Shown in pieces: positions 1-11,869 of a stretch of 64,000 bases of DNA. The DNA comes from Cirrosporium novae-zelandiae (lineage: Eukaryota). Location: assembly GCA_026023565.1 (NCBI GenBank), contig JAPETS010000027.1, positions 62,001 to 126,000 of the forward strand. The letters run 5' to 3'. The translations under genes and the position numbers were made by a program. The notes beneath the pieces are model-generated. The model was not told where the DNA came from. It made no database searches and worked only from the letters and a program-made list of their open reading frames with translations. Position 1 is the first letter of the stretch. The number at the start of each line of letters is the position of its first letter.

Positions 1-466
1 AAAATCTAGTCTCGTTGTCAACAGGATTGACACTCGCCTCATCTTTGCTCCTTTACTTCTTCACTCACTACGACTATCTCAAGAATATCCTCCTCATAGA
101 GGCCTTCAGAGTTACAGTGAATACCTTCACCTAAGACAAGATTAATCCTGAATAATCTAACGCGTCCATCAGTCTTGTCAGTTCTCTACCTTATCACAAT
201 CATCAACTTCATCTCCATCTCTCCTCTCCTCGCTCTTGTCCTTGTACTATACCCTCAACCTTACGAAACCTCATCCTTTCTTACACTCTACTTTCAGACG
301 GTCTCGCGGCTGGGATACTCCGAGTGACAGTAAAATTTTAACTGACCTCGCCATCGACTGGTGACAGTCTTGCTCGTTAATGAAAAAGGTTCGTCTCACC
401 TGCTCTGCTAAAGTTTTTACCTCTAACCTCACCTTAGAACCTTTGATTTACCATCAATTATTAGCA

Positions 467-2509
467 ATGGATTTGAGCAAGATTCTCAATCCGTTAAGTG
501 AAAAGACTCCTAAGAAGAATTTGATGAGCAGAGCTCCTTCTCCTCTTAGACGTCCAGAGACCATGCCCATTGTTTACCCCAACACAGCTAGTTGCTCTTC
601 TGTGTTGCATCCGGATGATGTTCAACGGCATTCACCATTTACGAAACTAGGTCAGAAGCTTCCGAGCTTCATGGCTAGCGGTCGCCGACAACATGTACCT
701 CCTTCACTCCATCTATCACACTCGAATGGTAGCTCAACCATTTACTCTGCCAACTCTTCGCCAATTCAGATGCCGGAATTCCCCCTTCCGCCTACCCAAA
801 CTCCCATACTTGCATACGGTGCAATATCTTCTCTCTCGAGTGCTAGAGCTAAAGCCAAAGCGAATGGGTATCTGCCCCCAACTCACTTTTCCCACTCGAA
901 CTTGGGCTCGGTTGGAGAAAGCTCTATGTCTCACAATACTTTGCCCACTTATAACGGACTGCTAAACAGCCATACCCCTCATTATTCTACCACAGCCCAG
1001 GAAACCCCTGACGCCAATCAGACCAGCGCTTGTAATGGCCTGTGGTTAGGCAGGGATGCTGGTACTGGCAGTGCGGACGAAAGTGACGAAGAAACCACTC
1101 CTCGTCCCAAGGGCGTAACACTGGACTTGGAACTTGGCTCGGCAAAGCTAGCTGAGGATCAAAATGATGTGTTCAGCAACTGGCCATTTACATCAACTTC
1201 TATAGCACGAAACTCTCTCGATAGAAGAATGATATCATATCCAGAGTCTCCCATGAGCATGGGCGGCATCCCAGTATCCGCACTAGTTGCTTCACCCGTT
1301 CCAACTTACGGATCATTCATCCCAGTGGAGCCTCCTCACGGGTATCGCACCCCACCACCTCCCCTAGCTGAAGTGAAATTCAACCAGTTCTCCATCCTCG
1401 ATGCCCTCTGCGACTATCCGGAGCTCCTATTCGAAATGGTGAAGTACCTCAACGTGGACGAACTCGTGAATATATACGCCATCCACAAGCAAGCCCACTT
1501 TACTATAAATTACCGGTTCACGCACGTTGTGAAGCTAATTACCAACATGCATGCTCCAGAGTCCGCAGAAATATTCCAGTTTAACCTCTTCCGAGACCTC
1601 TGCATGACCGATCCAGCCGGGCGTCCTCACCCGCGCATACTAGGCGATATAAGAAACGTGCCTACGTTTCGCTGGCTGCGCTGTATCCTCTTCCGCGAAC
1701 AGGTCGTCAGTGATATAATCGACCTCCTCGCCGCGAAGGGACTCCGCCTCCCACGCCCCGCAACAAAGGTCTTCAAGATGATATGGCTGCTGATGGACAT
1801 GCCCACGAACGAGTTACGCAAGGGGTATCTACACTCAAAATCCTGGACCGAACGAGATATCTGGTGCGCATTGCTCATTATCATGAAAGTCGAGATGGCC
1901 TTTACGGATCCTGAAGATGGGCAGGGTGAACCCTGGGCATATCGGATGATGTGGGCACAGAAGTCTCTGAGTACGCTTCGCGATGTCTTTGCTGGAAACG
2001 CCGGAAATAACCAGCTGACGAATCTCCAAATGTACGTGAGGTGGAAGATTCCTTCTGGCACATTTGATCCCGGGGCAAAGGACCTGCCGTTGATGGGGGT
2101 GCCGGCCAAGGAGACTGGCATGCTGCAGTATGAGGGATGGGGAGTGGGACGCCCGGTCCTATTAATGCGTCCTGATGAGATGTTCGAACGGGAAGCCATC
2201 CAAAGGGGTCTCGATGTGCATGCCAGACATGTTGATTTGTTACTCTGGGGATTCATAGACGAAGCCACAAGGCTAGACATTCCAATCAGCGCAGGAACAC
2301 TACCCACAGACAAACTCGTTACGATTATAGATGAAGATGCAGATGCCGAGAGTGTCTTGGTGAAGGATAAAGAAGTTGAAGAGGGTTCCAGCAATGTTGC
2401 CGATGACGAGGAGGAAATAGACAATGGGAGAGAAGAGGGGGAGAGTAATAGCGATGACTCTGGGGCCGAGAGCATCGATTACAAAAATATGGTGCCGGAA
2501 TTTAATTGA
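467..2509 (+). CDS. Hypothetical fungal protein: low-complexity N-terminus, globular C-terminal half with possible F-box-like segment, acidic tail
   Basis: Uninterrupted ORF 380-2509. ATG 467 (MDLSKILNP) is the likely start. Segment 'FSILDALCDYPELLFEMVKYLNVDELVNIY' is F-box-like by eye only. Confidence 0.75.
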   Translation: MDLSKILNPLSEKTPKKNLMSRAPSPLRRPETMPIVYPNTASCSSVLHPDDVQRHSPFTKLGQKLPSFMASGRRQHVPPSLHLSHSNGSSTIYSANSSPIQMPEFPLPPTQTPILAYGAISSLSSARAKAKANGYLPPTHFSHSNLGSVGESSMSHNTLPTYNGLLNSHTPHYSTTAQETPDANQTSACNGLWLGRDAGTGSADESDEETTPRPKGVTLDLELGSAKLAEDQNDVFSNWPFTSTSIARNSLDRRMISYPESPMSMGGIPVSALVASPVPTYGSFIPVEPPHGYRTPPPPLAEVKFNQFSILDALCDYPELLFEMVKYLNVDELVNIYAIHKQAHFTINYRFTHVVKLITNMHAPESAEIFQFNLFRDLCMTDPAGRPHPRILGDIRNVPTFRWLRCILFREQVVSDIIDLLAAKGLRLPRPATKVFKMIWLLMDMPTNELRKGYLHSKSWTERDIWCALLIIMKVEMAFTDPEDGQGEPWAYRMMWAQKSLSTLRDVFAGNAGNNQLTNLQMYVRWKIPSGTFDPGAKDLPLMGVPAKETGMLQYEGWGVGRPVLLMRPDEMFEREAIQRGLDVHARHVDLLLWGFIDEATRLDIPISAGTLPTDKLVTIIDEDADAESVLVKDKEVEEGSSNVADDEEEIDNGREEGESNSDDSGAESIDYKNMVPEFN

Positions 2510-4672
2510 CCTAGTCGCCTCGCACCTTCCTATTACATGACAACGATGAAATAAACGAAACAACCGCAACGCTTTTGAAATGAAATTACAAACACATGCA
2601 CAGCTACCATAATCAACAACAACACACCCCACATCCCCATGGTGGGGGTGTGCATACATATTCACTCGACGCCTCCTCACTGATTTGAACACAACTTACC
2701 ACTCCACCCCCTCAAAAGCGCTCGCCTCACCTCACCTGTGTATATGAGCATACATTATCAGCATTTACATCCAACAGTCCTTACATACAATCAACCACCC
2801 AGTCCAGTCGCATTATATTACATAGCCTTTTTCCTTTCCGTCATTGTCCTATATTCTCGAGCCTCACCATCTCAAAAGCATTGAAAAGTTTTCTCATATC
2901 ACATCTAACCCGGTTGGAAAAAACCTCACACGCACGCGCGCGGGCGTCATTGGATATTACATTCTGGATGTCATCTCTCTCTCTCTCATCCCATCACATT
3001 TTCATAAGTTCATGATAAGGATAGGATATGAATTCGATTGAGTACGACATGAAAGATGAAGCTAAAAAGTCACGATCAACAAGTCGTATTCAATACTCTC
3101 GAACTCCACGAACCGCACTCCTTTTGTTTTACATACCCTTCCTTTATTAAAAAGGATTAGTTTGATTAGTTTAAATTAGTTTAGTTTAATCTTTGTCGTT
3201 GTTGAGCTCTTTGTATCTGGAATACACAGAGAGTACTTGTATGCCACGTCTTACTTACTGTATACCTCCCCTACATTACAAAATCAAAATCAAAAAAAAT
3301 AAATATGAAAAACTGAAGAGTGGAATAATGAATTACAATATTTCTTTATCCAAGTACAAGGACTACAGTAGAAAGTAGAAAGTAGAATTATAATTCATGT
3401 ATTCATGTATTTATTTATATTATATCACTGATTCATTTTTTCTTTCCTTCTTTTATATTCGTTCTAACTTATATACACATGCCTAGGTAGTTATACAAAC
3501 GTCTCATTGCCCAGCTGGTTACTAGTTATTAAATTAGTTTATTACTATCTCACTAATTTAAACATAAATATTTCATACAAATCCTATACAATCCCATCCT
3601 ACTGAGTATCTATCTCCACACCCCACGAACCACACACCATTTACACAGTATTTCCATTTCCACACCCCATCCGTCCATCCATTTCTCCTCCAAACCTCCC
3701 CCAACCCTCCGCCAACATATACACATACTATGTACATATACTATATATACACCCAGATTTAAAAAGAAAAAGAAAAAGAAAAAGAAAAAGCCTAAAAAAC
3801 AACCAAATAACTACCTAGTTCTGTCTGTCTGTCTTTTCCCCCCCCATCCCACTCCACCCCACTCCACCCCCACTTTCTGATTCCTACCTACCCTCCCTCT
3901 CCCTCCGTCCCTCCTGCCCCCTCTCTCTACCCTACCCTATAAACATGCAAACATCAAAAAAAATCAAGAAAAATCGATTTATTTCTGAACTATATCTACC
4001 AAGTCCACTCTAATCCACGCGATTCTGCTCATCCCATGCATGCATCTATCAATCTGCCGAGAGAGAGAGAGGGAGAGAGAAAAGATAAGGTAAGGTAATT
4101 ACTACAGTTCTGTACTACTACAAAATTTGACCACCACCATCACCACCAACAATCACCACAATCGCCTTGCCTTGCCTTGCTGCCTCCCAACCTCGAAATC
4201 TTTTTCAAAAAACAAATAAAAAAAAATCGGGGGGAAAACTTCAACTTTCAAAAAAGTGTTGCGCCCGTCCCAGTGCATTCGGCTCGATCGCATAAGATAA
4301 TTTGGTTGAATACCCTTTCCCTTCCCTTCCCTTCCCCTTCCCCTTCCCCTTGCTTTACCTAAATCACTACACTAAAGCTAAACCGCCCAACCAATGGCCA
4401 ACCCAATGGCCTGCCAAAAATAAAAATGAAAACGGTATAAGAAAGGAGGAAAGGGTAGGTAAGGTACTGATGGAATGCCTTCCCCTCCATATCATGATCC
4501 CCCCCCCCACTGCTAGCCCAGAGAATAGTCAATGCATTTATGTAATCTCAAGTCGGTCAAGTACGGTCTCCTTCTTTCCCTGCCCTGTCTTGGCTGTGTA
4601 CATGGGATGCTCGTCCACTTCAAGTCAAAGGTTGAAAAACTCTCATGAAAGACCCAAGGTTCCTAGTTTAAT

Positions 4673-7600
4673 TTAGAAAACCATTGGTTCGCTTCCACCG
4701 CTCCCGCCAGCAAGAGCAGCATCAGCAGCGCTGCCGGGCGGTTTAGAAGGTGCGGTAGTTGCGCTGAAAGGAGGAAGGGGAAGAGTGCCCTGGCTTTGAC
4801 TTGAACTTGGTCTTTGTCTCTTGGCATCGCGCTCATCGGTGCCTCCGCTATTCCCTGTAGTTTTTCGCTTTTCTCTTTCTTTTTGATGTTCTGCTTTACG
4901 AGCTTCGCGTTCGCGGTTGCGGAGATTTTTGTATTCGAATTCGTGCCAGTCGCCGTCCATGTTTTCAAGTCTATTTGGGGAGCCTGTTAGTTCTCGTTTA
5001 TGGCTGATTGAATGGGAAGTGGGAAAAAGAGAATAGACTAGAAAAAAGGATAGAAAATGTACGTACTCTACTGCCCGTTTTGGGGCAGGTCCTTCACTCG
5101 TGAAAAATGGATGCTGAAGCACTTGGGTCGCGGTTGGCCTCCTCTCTGGATCATACGAGAACATCCAAGTCATCAAGTCATAGGCAGCAGGTGAAGGTAA
5201 AACACTTCCGAATTTCTCTTTGAAGACATTAGGTTTCTTCTCCGAGGGACGTAACAGCTCGAACCAAGGGGTATCAGTTAGTCCTGGCCACTGAGATCGT
5301 GATGGCGTTCCTAGCACGTTGTAAATTTTATCAAGTTGATCTATTTCTCCGCCATTACCCGTGAAAATAGGAGCACGTTGGAACACCTCCATTAGGACGC
5401 AGGCAGCGGCCCAGATATCGACGGTAGGTCCGTACTTGGTTTCACCAAGAAGCAACTCAGGAGAGCGATACCATATAGTAACCACACGATTCGTGTAATC
5501 TTGTTGTCTTCGTTTGGCAAAAAACCGTGCAAGACCGAAATCTGCCAACTTTAATTGGCCGTTGCTGCTGATGAGTATGTTTGCCGCTTTTATGTCCCGA
5601 TGAAGAACCCCACGACGATGAAGATAATCCAATCCTTCAAACAATTGCTTTGCGAGGTCTTTCTTGTGAGCAGGAGTTAGGGAGAAAGTCGGGTGGTTGA
5701 TAAGACCAGTCAAGTCATGAGATAGATATTCGAAAACCATAAAACATTCGTTGTGCTCGACCATAACTTCGTGAAGACGGACAATATTATCATGATTAAG
5801 ATGCTGTAGTAGTTTGATTTCCCGAACCGCTGTGATGGGAAAACCATCCTTTTCTCCTTCCATTCGAATCTTCTTCAAGGCGACCATTGCCTTCGTATAA
5901 ACATGTACCGCCTTGAAAACCTTGCCGTATGTCCCAGACCCAACAACCGATTCGTTGCCAGGTTTTCGATAGTACACCGACTGAGAGGCTGCAAATTCGG
6001 GCGAAAGGGTGGGCCGAGGGGGCGGGCCTTTAATCTTGGGTATAATTTTCTCTCTGTTTGCTCCTGACGCTTGATCCTGTCGGCCTCCATATCTATTGTT
6101 CTGACGTCGGTTTTCTCTAAAATCTTTATCCGACCGATGGCTATCCCTTTGCCGGCGATCTTCCCGGTAGTCAGAGCGTCTTGTGTCTCGATCGTTTTGT
6201 TTTTCGTCCCGACGATATGCACGACTATCTCGATGGTCGGGGGATCGCGATCTTCCCCTCTTCTCTTGTCCTCGATTTTGCTGAAAGTTGGAAGGTTTGG
6301 AGTCTGAAAGACGAGACGAGGGTGTTTGCATTCTTTGGGTTAGGTCAGGTAAGGGTTTTGGTGCGGGTGCAGGCGGTTCCTTTTTCCTTGATAACGAGAA
6401 ACTGAATTTTGGTCCTTCTTTAGCACCCCCATTTGGATTAGGTGGTGGCATATTTTGTGCATCGGGACGTGATGGTTCAGAAGATCTTGTGTCTTCATCT
6501 TCCACCTGTAAATCTTTCGAAGGTCGGAATGGGTTATCGTCTTCGTCAGATTGCATGCCGTTTTGGTCCATATACGACTGGGTCTGCATCGGAGACATCT
6601 GTTGATTCTGCATTTGCTGGTTTTGCATTTGATTCTGTCCTTGCATATTTTGATTGCGGCCTGATGTTCGCCCGCGGCCAGGTGCAGTCCACTGAAGATT
6701 GCTGAAGTGACCCCCTCTACCTCGTTGCGACTGGCCGCTACCTCGCTGAGGCTGAATGTTATATTGTTGAGGACCGGGACCTTGGAACCGTCTATCTTGG
6801 ACAGGATTAAAATGGTTTCCTCGAAATCCACCGTGGTTACCCCGGAATGGAGGATGTTGGTAACCCTGTTGCATCTGATTATGGGGGGGGCCATATTGGT
6901 TCTGATGCTGATTTGGATAGAACTGCCCTTGCGGACCATTCTGAGGGGGATAGCTATTTTGCCGAAATGGTGGTGAGTATTGTGGTCTATAGCGAAACAA
7001 AAGTTAGTTCAGCACTTCATAAAGCTTGGCGAAAATGATAGGCACAGACCTCTGTTGGTTGTGGAATTGCTGTTGACCTTGCCAGCCGCCTCGACTTCCA
7101 TTGCTATATGAAGATGCCGACTGCGGCGATCCGTGGTGTGAACTATTAGGAGTTATGTATTGGGGAGATGTAGAAAAGCCTTGTCTGGTGTCAAGAGGTG
7201 GACGTGGCCTTGAAGTGCGAACATCACCCGCCTTCATGCCATGCATGGGAAATGCTTCCCGCATGCGTTTATCACCATCTATTGAATCAAAATTATTGTC
7301 CATATCAAAACTTGGAATAGGTCGAGGCGGTGATGGTGGCCGGCCATCATCGTCCAGGATGGACTGGATAGGTTTTGTGGATTGCATTTTGTGACCTTTC
7401 CGACTCTCCGTTCTTGATGTAGACGAGACTCTTGAGGTTCGAGACTGCCTTGAAAGTGACCTTATTTGTCTCCCTTTTCTTGGTTCCCTATGACTATCTA
7501 AAGATGGGGAACGTTTTTTGTGATGTTGGCGCGGAGACGGCCTGGAATGTTTTTGGTGATGTGATGGCACGTAGGAATCCGCAGGAGGTAGGTCTTTCCG

Positions 7601-8182
7601 ATATCTCGATGAACGTTCCCGTTCGCGTTCACGAACTGGTGATCGCCGGGGCGAAAACCCACGGTTGGTGTGCCTTGTACCCCTCTCTTGTTGGCTTGAC
7701 CTATCTCGACTGGGGCTATCTCGCCGATTTTCTTTCTGGTGATGAGAGTGGGTTGGGGATGGGCTGCGAGTTCTTCGTCGCTTTATTGGAGGTGATGGAG
7801 AAGCTCGTCGTGTTTTGTGTCTTGCCGAAAGTCTCCCGGGGTTTAAATCCCTGTGTCGCTTGGAATCACGGGCAGTTGCCTTTGAAGTCCGCTGGGGCGA
7901 ACGACTTCTGCGGTAATAGTTAATTCCTACAGACTCTCTACTCCTTGGTCGACCCCGCGACGAATAATTATCCCTTGAATCCTGCCCTCGGCCTCTCACC
8001 TCTCGATCAGAGCCCCCTGGCCTTCTCGAGGAAGTCGGTGATTGTTCCCGGCGAGGTGGTTGACCTTTGTATCTGTCAGGCTTGCGACGGTTATTGCGAT
8101 TGCGTGGACGATCCCGTTCTTCGTCTTCGGCTCTCCACTGATCTCTCATCAAAGGGCTCCGACTTCTGCGCGAAGCAGCCAT
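4673..8182 (-). CDS. CTK1: RNA polymerase II CTD kinase catalytic subunit (Ctk1/CDK12-13 family) with long Arg/Ser-rich N-terminus
   Basis: GSGTYGKV, ALKK, GFPITAVREIK, HRDIKAAN, DFGLAR, YTNRVVTIWYR and DWHEFE motifs. Introns 6987-7049 (GTCTGT..CTAAC..TAG) and 4971-5066 (GTACGT..CTAAC..TAG) join the ORFs in frame. Confidence 0.95.
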
Positions 8183-10009
8183 GTAATCGTCGCAGGCATT
8201 GGGGTTGGTTTGTCGGGTAGGATAAGTCTGAGGTATAAGGCGGGAAGTTCTTAAAGTTGGAGAGGGCCTTTTTCTCGCCAGAGCGGGTTAGTCGGGGCTC
8301 TTTGGGGCCGGGCAATTGGGGCTAAGAGGATAGTGAAAGCCAAATAGGCCAACATGGAAAAAATCATCAAAGGAAAACAGAAAGAAAAACACCCCAAGGA
8401 AGATCCCCAAAGCACATAATTCATCCATCCAAAGATAGATAAATCAAATGCAAATAGATCAGAGTCGGGAGTGGCAAAAAAGATGAATAATAAATACGTA
8501 CCGATCAATTCCATCGTTTTTCTCTGCTTTTCTTGACTGGAACAATTCTCTTTTTCTCTGCCTGGCCAACTTCTTTTCCTTATTCGTACCCATCTTTGTT
8601 GTTGTTGTTGTGATGATGATGATGATGGGCTTAGAGATAGACCCAATCAATCTTCACGAGATAAACTCGTCGTTGAAGTAAAAAGGCGGAAAACTACGAG
8701 GCCTGTAGAGGCAAGCGCGGTACGAAACGCGTCCCAAACTCCCCAGCAGCACAACAACTAAACAACTAGCCACTCTTGTGTGCCCTAAACTGTCGTCCCA
8801 ACTGCCCTTATGTTGTCACGCAGTTGTGAACAATAAAGCTCCAAGGCTCGCTGGGTAATCTACGATACGGAAAAGAAAACACAAGATAAAATGAGAAGAT
8901 GACTGCCAAGGGTTGAGCACAACCTCCTCATACTAGATCCTTCACAAACGCTCATTGATATCCGTAACCATGCTTGTCTTGATATTCACTCCCACAGCTG
9001 ATAGTTATTGTTTTTGATACCAATGTTAGGCTTGGCGCGTAATGAAGAATATTCTCCGTACCAAGCACCAGTGCATTAAACCCCCCCGTTAATGAAGAGG
9101 CTACCTCATGTAAACTGTCGGTGTCTAGCCAAGCAGCACCACAAAGGATTATACTTCTCAACTGGGTGGTTAGTTGTCGAGAGGAATGTCTTGACAGAGG
9201 TTACAAAAAAAGGCGACAGGTTTCTTGAATAGATGGTCGATCCATGCAGGAAAAGCTGCTACCCTTATCGCGAGTATCGCGGGGAATTTTGATTCCTTCC
9301 TGACGAATATTTTTACCTACCATGTACCACAATCCACCTGTAGAATATTTGTTCCGTTCAATAATAACCCTCAAGAAGGTAGACGTGGTCCGAAATTGAA
9401 CAAGGCCGTGATTTCGCAAAGGAGGAACTGCCAATTTTCCCAACACCTAATACCACTATCCCGTCTGGCTGTCAAAGGTAAGTTAAGGTGAGTAGTGTCT
9501 GTCGGGGTCGTTGATGTATTGACTATTCTCTTCCTGTCGTGGAACGAAAGTAGCTATGTCCATGGGATGCGCAAAAGCGACAAGCCATTGTAGATCCCTC
9601 CGATCTTCAGCCCCCTCTCTCAGCCGCACTCTAGGTGCAAATTCTTGGCCGTTCTGAATAACGTGTGCAGTCATCGGAATCGCCAAAGACCATCCAAAGG
9701 ATTTCTATCGATAGGTAAGAGAGCACTTACCTCGACGAGCGATGATAGTGTCTCCGGATTTTTCGTTCTCCTTCGCGTGGAGATGATGATGGTGGGTGTG
9801 GGAAGTTGGAGGTTTCAGCCTTCAAGTCGGATGAGGCGGGATTGGCTAAGACTATTCTAGCTTAGTCACTTTGCTTGTTTGTTGCGGTAAGTATGTCACG
9901 TTTGCTTGGTTTGCATGTTTGTTTTATTTCAATATATCTACCTGGGTACCTAGGTATCCTCCTCTTGAAAATGCAGGGGACAAATGTCCAAACGCAGTAC
10001 CAACCAGTA

Positions 10010-10954
10010 TCAACTTTCGCTTGGAGAATCAATGTCCATAGCATCGTCAACCACCTTAGGGTTTTGGATATTATTACCAATTGGAATACTATCGCTTGGA
10101 GAGCCTGTTGAATCACTCTTCTTCCTGTGCTCGTTGTACGCTGCAACCACCTGGGCAAGTGAAATACCCCTCGTGATGAATATCGTCTCTTTGGTGATTA
10201 CATCTGGATGCCTTGGATGCAGAAATTCGTCTATGGTTAGGTGATAATCCCCTGACGGAAGGTCAATTCGGTGGTACATGCGCCAAAAATAATTATCACC
10301 CCCAAGGAGGAATTTCAAATGTAGTGAGTTCCTCTGATCCCCATTCATCCATGACCCTTTCTTCGTAGACAGTGTTATCTCTTGTTCTATATGTCCTTTT
10401 TTTTTCGCGCTGATTCCATCTGAGCCCAGCGAAGTCATGGGTTGAGTAAGGGGGCAAGTAGCGGGGTAAGCAGTGAAGCATTCATCCAAACTCAGGTCTG
10501 TTAATTTTGGACCTGTCGTACCATCATTGTTATGTGCCCAGATACTCCATTCGACAACGTCATCTTCATGTGTCCCCGTTTCGTCCTTGAGGCGAAATAT
10601 GTGTTCCTTTGCTGTGAATCTTGATTTACCATTTTTGAAATCAGTCAGGAAATAAGATGTCTGCAGGTACTCCTTCCAATACATTATGTCGGCCGGCTCT
10701 CTCTGAAACACAGAAGATACCCCCCTTATAGGTAGTACAATTTGATCGTTGAAAGATGGTTCTCCAGCAATATGGAAACGGGTTCGTCGCGCATGATAGT
10801 CACCACGCAATCCATCCCAGAGGGTTATAAGTGGGTATAATTTAGGCCAAATCGGAATAACACCGGAGGGGTATTTAACAGGGAACTCCAATACCGACCC
10901 CGTCATACCCATAATTTTATACTCGTCCATGGTGTACTGTTTAAAATCCCCCAT
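10010..10954 (-). CDS. Orphan hypothetical protein, 314 aa
   Basis: Intronless ATG-initiated ORF with ordinary globular composition; no motif recognised. Confidence 0.55.
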   Translation of the reverse strand: MGDFKQYTMDEYKIMGMTGSVLEFPVKYPSGVIPIWPKLYPLITLWDGLRGDYHARRTRFHIAGEPSFNDQIVLPIRGVSSVFQREPADIMYWKEYLQTSYFLTDFKNGKSRFTAKEHIFRLKDETGTHEDDVVEWSIWAHNNDGTTGPKLTDLSLDECFTAYPATCPLTQPMTSLGSDGISAKKKGHIEQEITLSTKKGSWMNGDQRNSLHLKFLLGGDNYFWRMYHRIDLPSGDYHLTIDEFLHPRHPDVITKETIFITRGISLAQVVAAYNEHRKKSDSTGSPSDSIPIGNNIQNPKVVDDAMDIDSPSES

Positions 10955-11376
10955 GATGCGGTCTATGATGGTAGGTAGAACAAATTTGACAAAAGAAGGC
11001 GACCTTAGAGGATCCTACTTTGGTATTGTGCGCTTGTTCTTCATTTGGTTGAAAAGGCTCGAAATTGACTCGACAATAACTGCCTAATTTGTATAGCAAT
11101 CGAAGAAATCTCTGCAGCGCCTACTATTTTCTACTATTAAAGTCTCACTACTCCCTGACTTCCCCTTATTTATTTTTTTCATCGGCATCTACCATATTCC
11201 TTTCAACGATAGTAGGGTTTTCGATGAGAAACACCCTATTCCGACTATGGTTCCCGAGTTCCTTAAATGTAAAGTGAGCTTGGGTGGCTTGCGAGCGGTG
11301 ACGTTATGGCCAGTTGGGGGGGGGGGCATCTTTCATATAAGTGATGGGTACATTTGATAGCCATCACATCTTTCTT

Positions 11377-11561
11377 ATTTCTTGAATTGTCCCCGGAGGG
11401 CTATCGCTAGTAGGGATGTCATGTAAGAATTATAATAGGTCAGATCACTGTTTTCAGGCAGAACCAGGCATCAACTTCGTTGCTGAATCATACTGAGCCT
11501 CAAGATTCTATCCTTGAAACCCCCCTGTTAGCGATAGCCCTCCGGGGACAGTTCAGGAGAT
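11377..11561. repeat. 39-bp imperfect inverted repeat (MITE-like or hairpin)
   Basis: 11377-11415 ATTTCTTGAATTGTCCCCGGAGGGCTATCGCTAGTAGGG matches the reverse complement of 11523-11561 at 34 of 39 positions, with a spacer of about 107 nt. Confidence 0.85.
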
Positions 11562-11869
11562 TGACTATAAATTATTCCTTTCCCGACAAATACAATACCG
11601 ACAGAAGTCGCCCAAGGGGTTTGGAAAGTATGAATTCTATCACTCTTCCTAAGGTTATAGAACCTAAAAGTGGATGTTCATTTTTTTACTTTGAATACTT
11701 CTTCAATACTAGTTGCATCGATGGATTCTGCCATCTAAGGAAACCGTATCATCATATTCCAGGTATTGTAACTAATTCATCTCCCCTAGCAAGTAGTCTA
11801 GTCCCCGTATCCCCCATCCATCCGCTCTATCATCAAGTTCATTCCTCCGTGATAAACTAGCTTCCGCAT

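Noticed and set aside
1627..2475. Long antisense or overlapping ORFs (also 15849-16691, 23049-23708, 6340-6939)
   Set aside because: Shadow frames of real genes, with no independent motifs.
7004..8182. Arg/Ser-rich ORF as a separate SR splicing factor
   Set aside because: It has no RRM and joins the kinase in frame via the 63-nt intron 6987-7049, so it is CTK1 exon 1.
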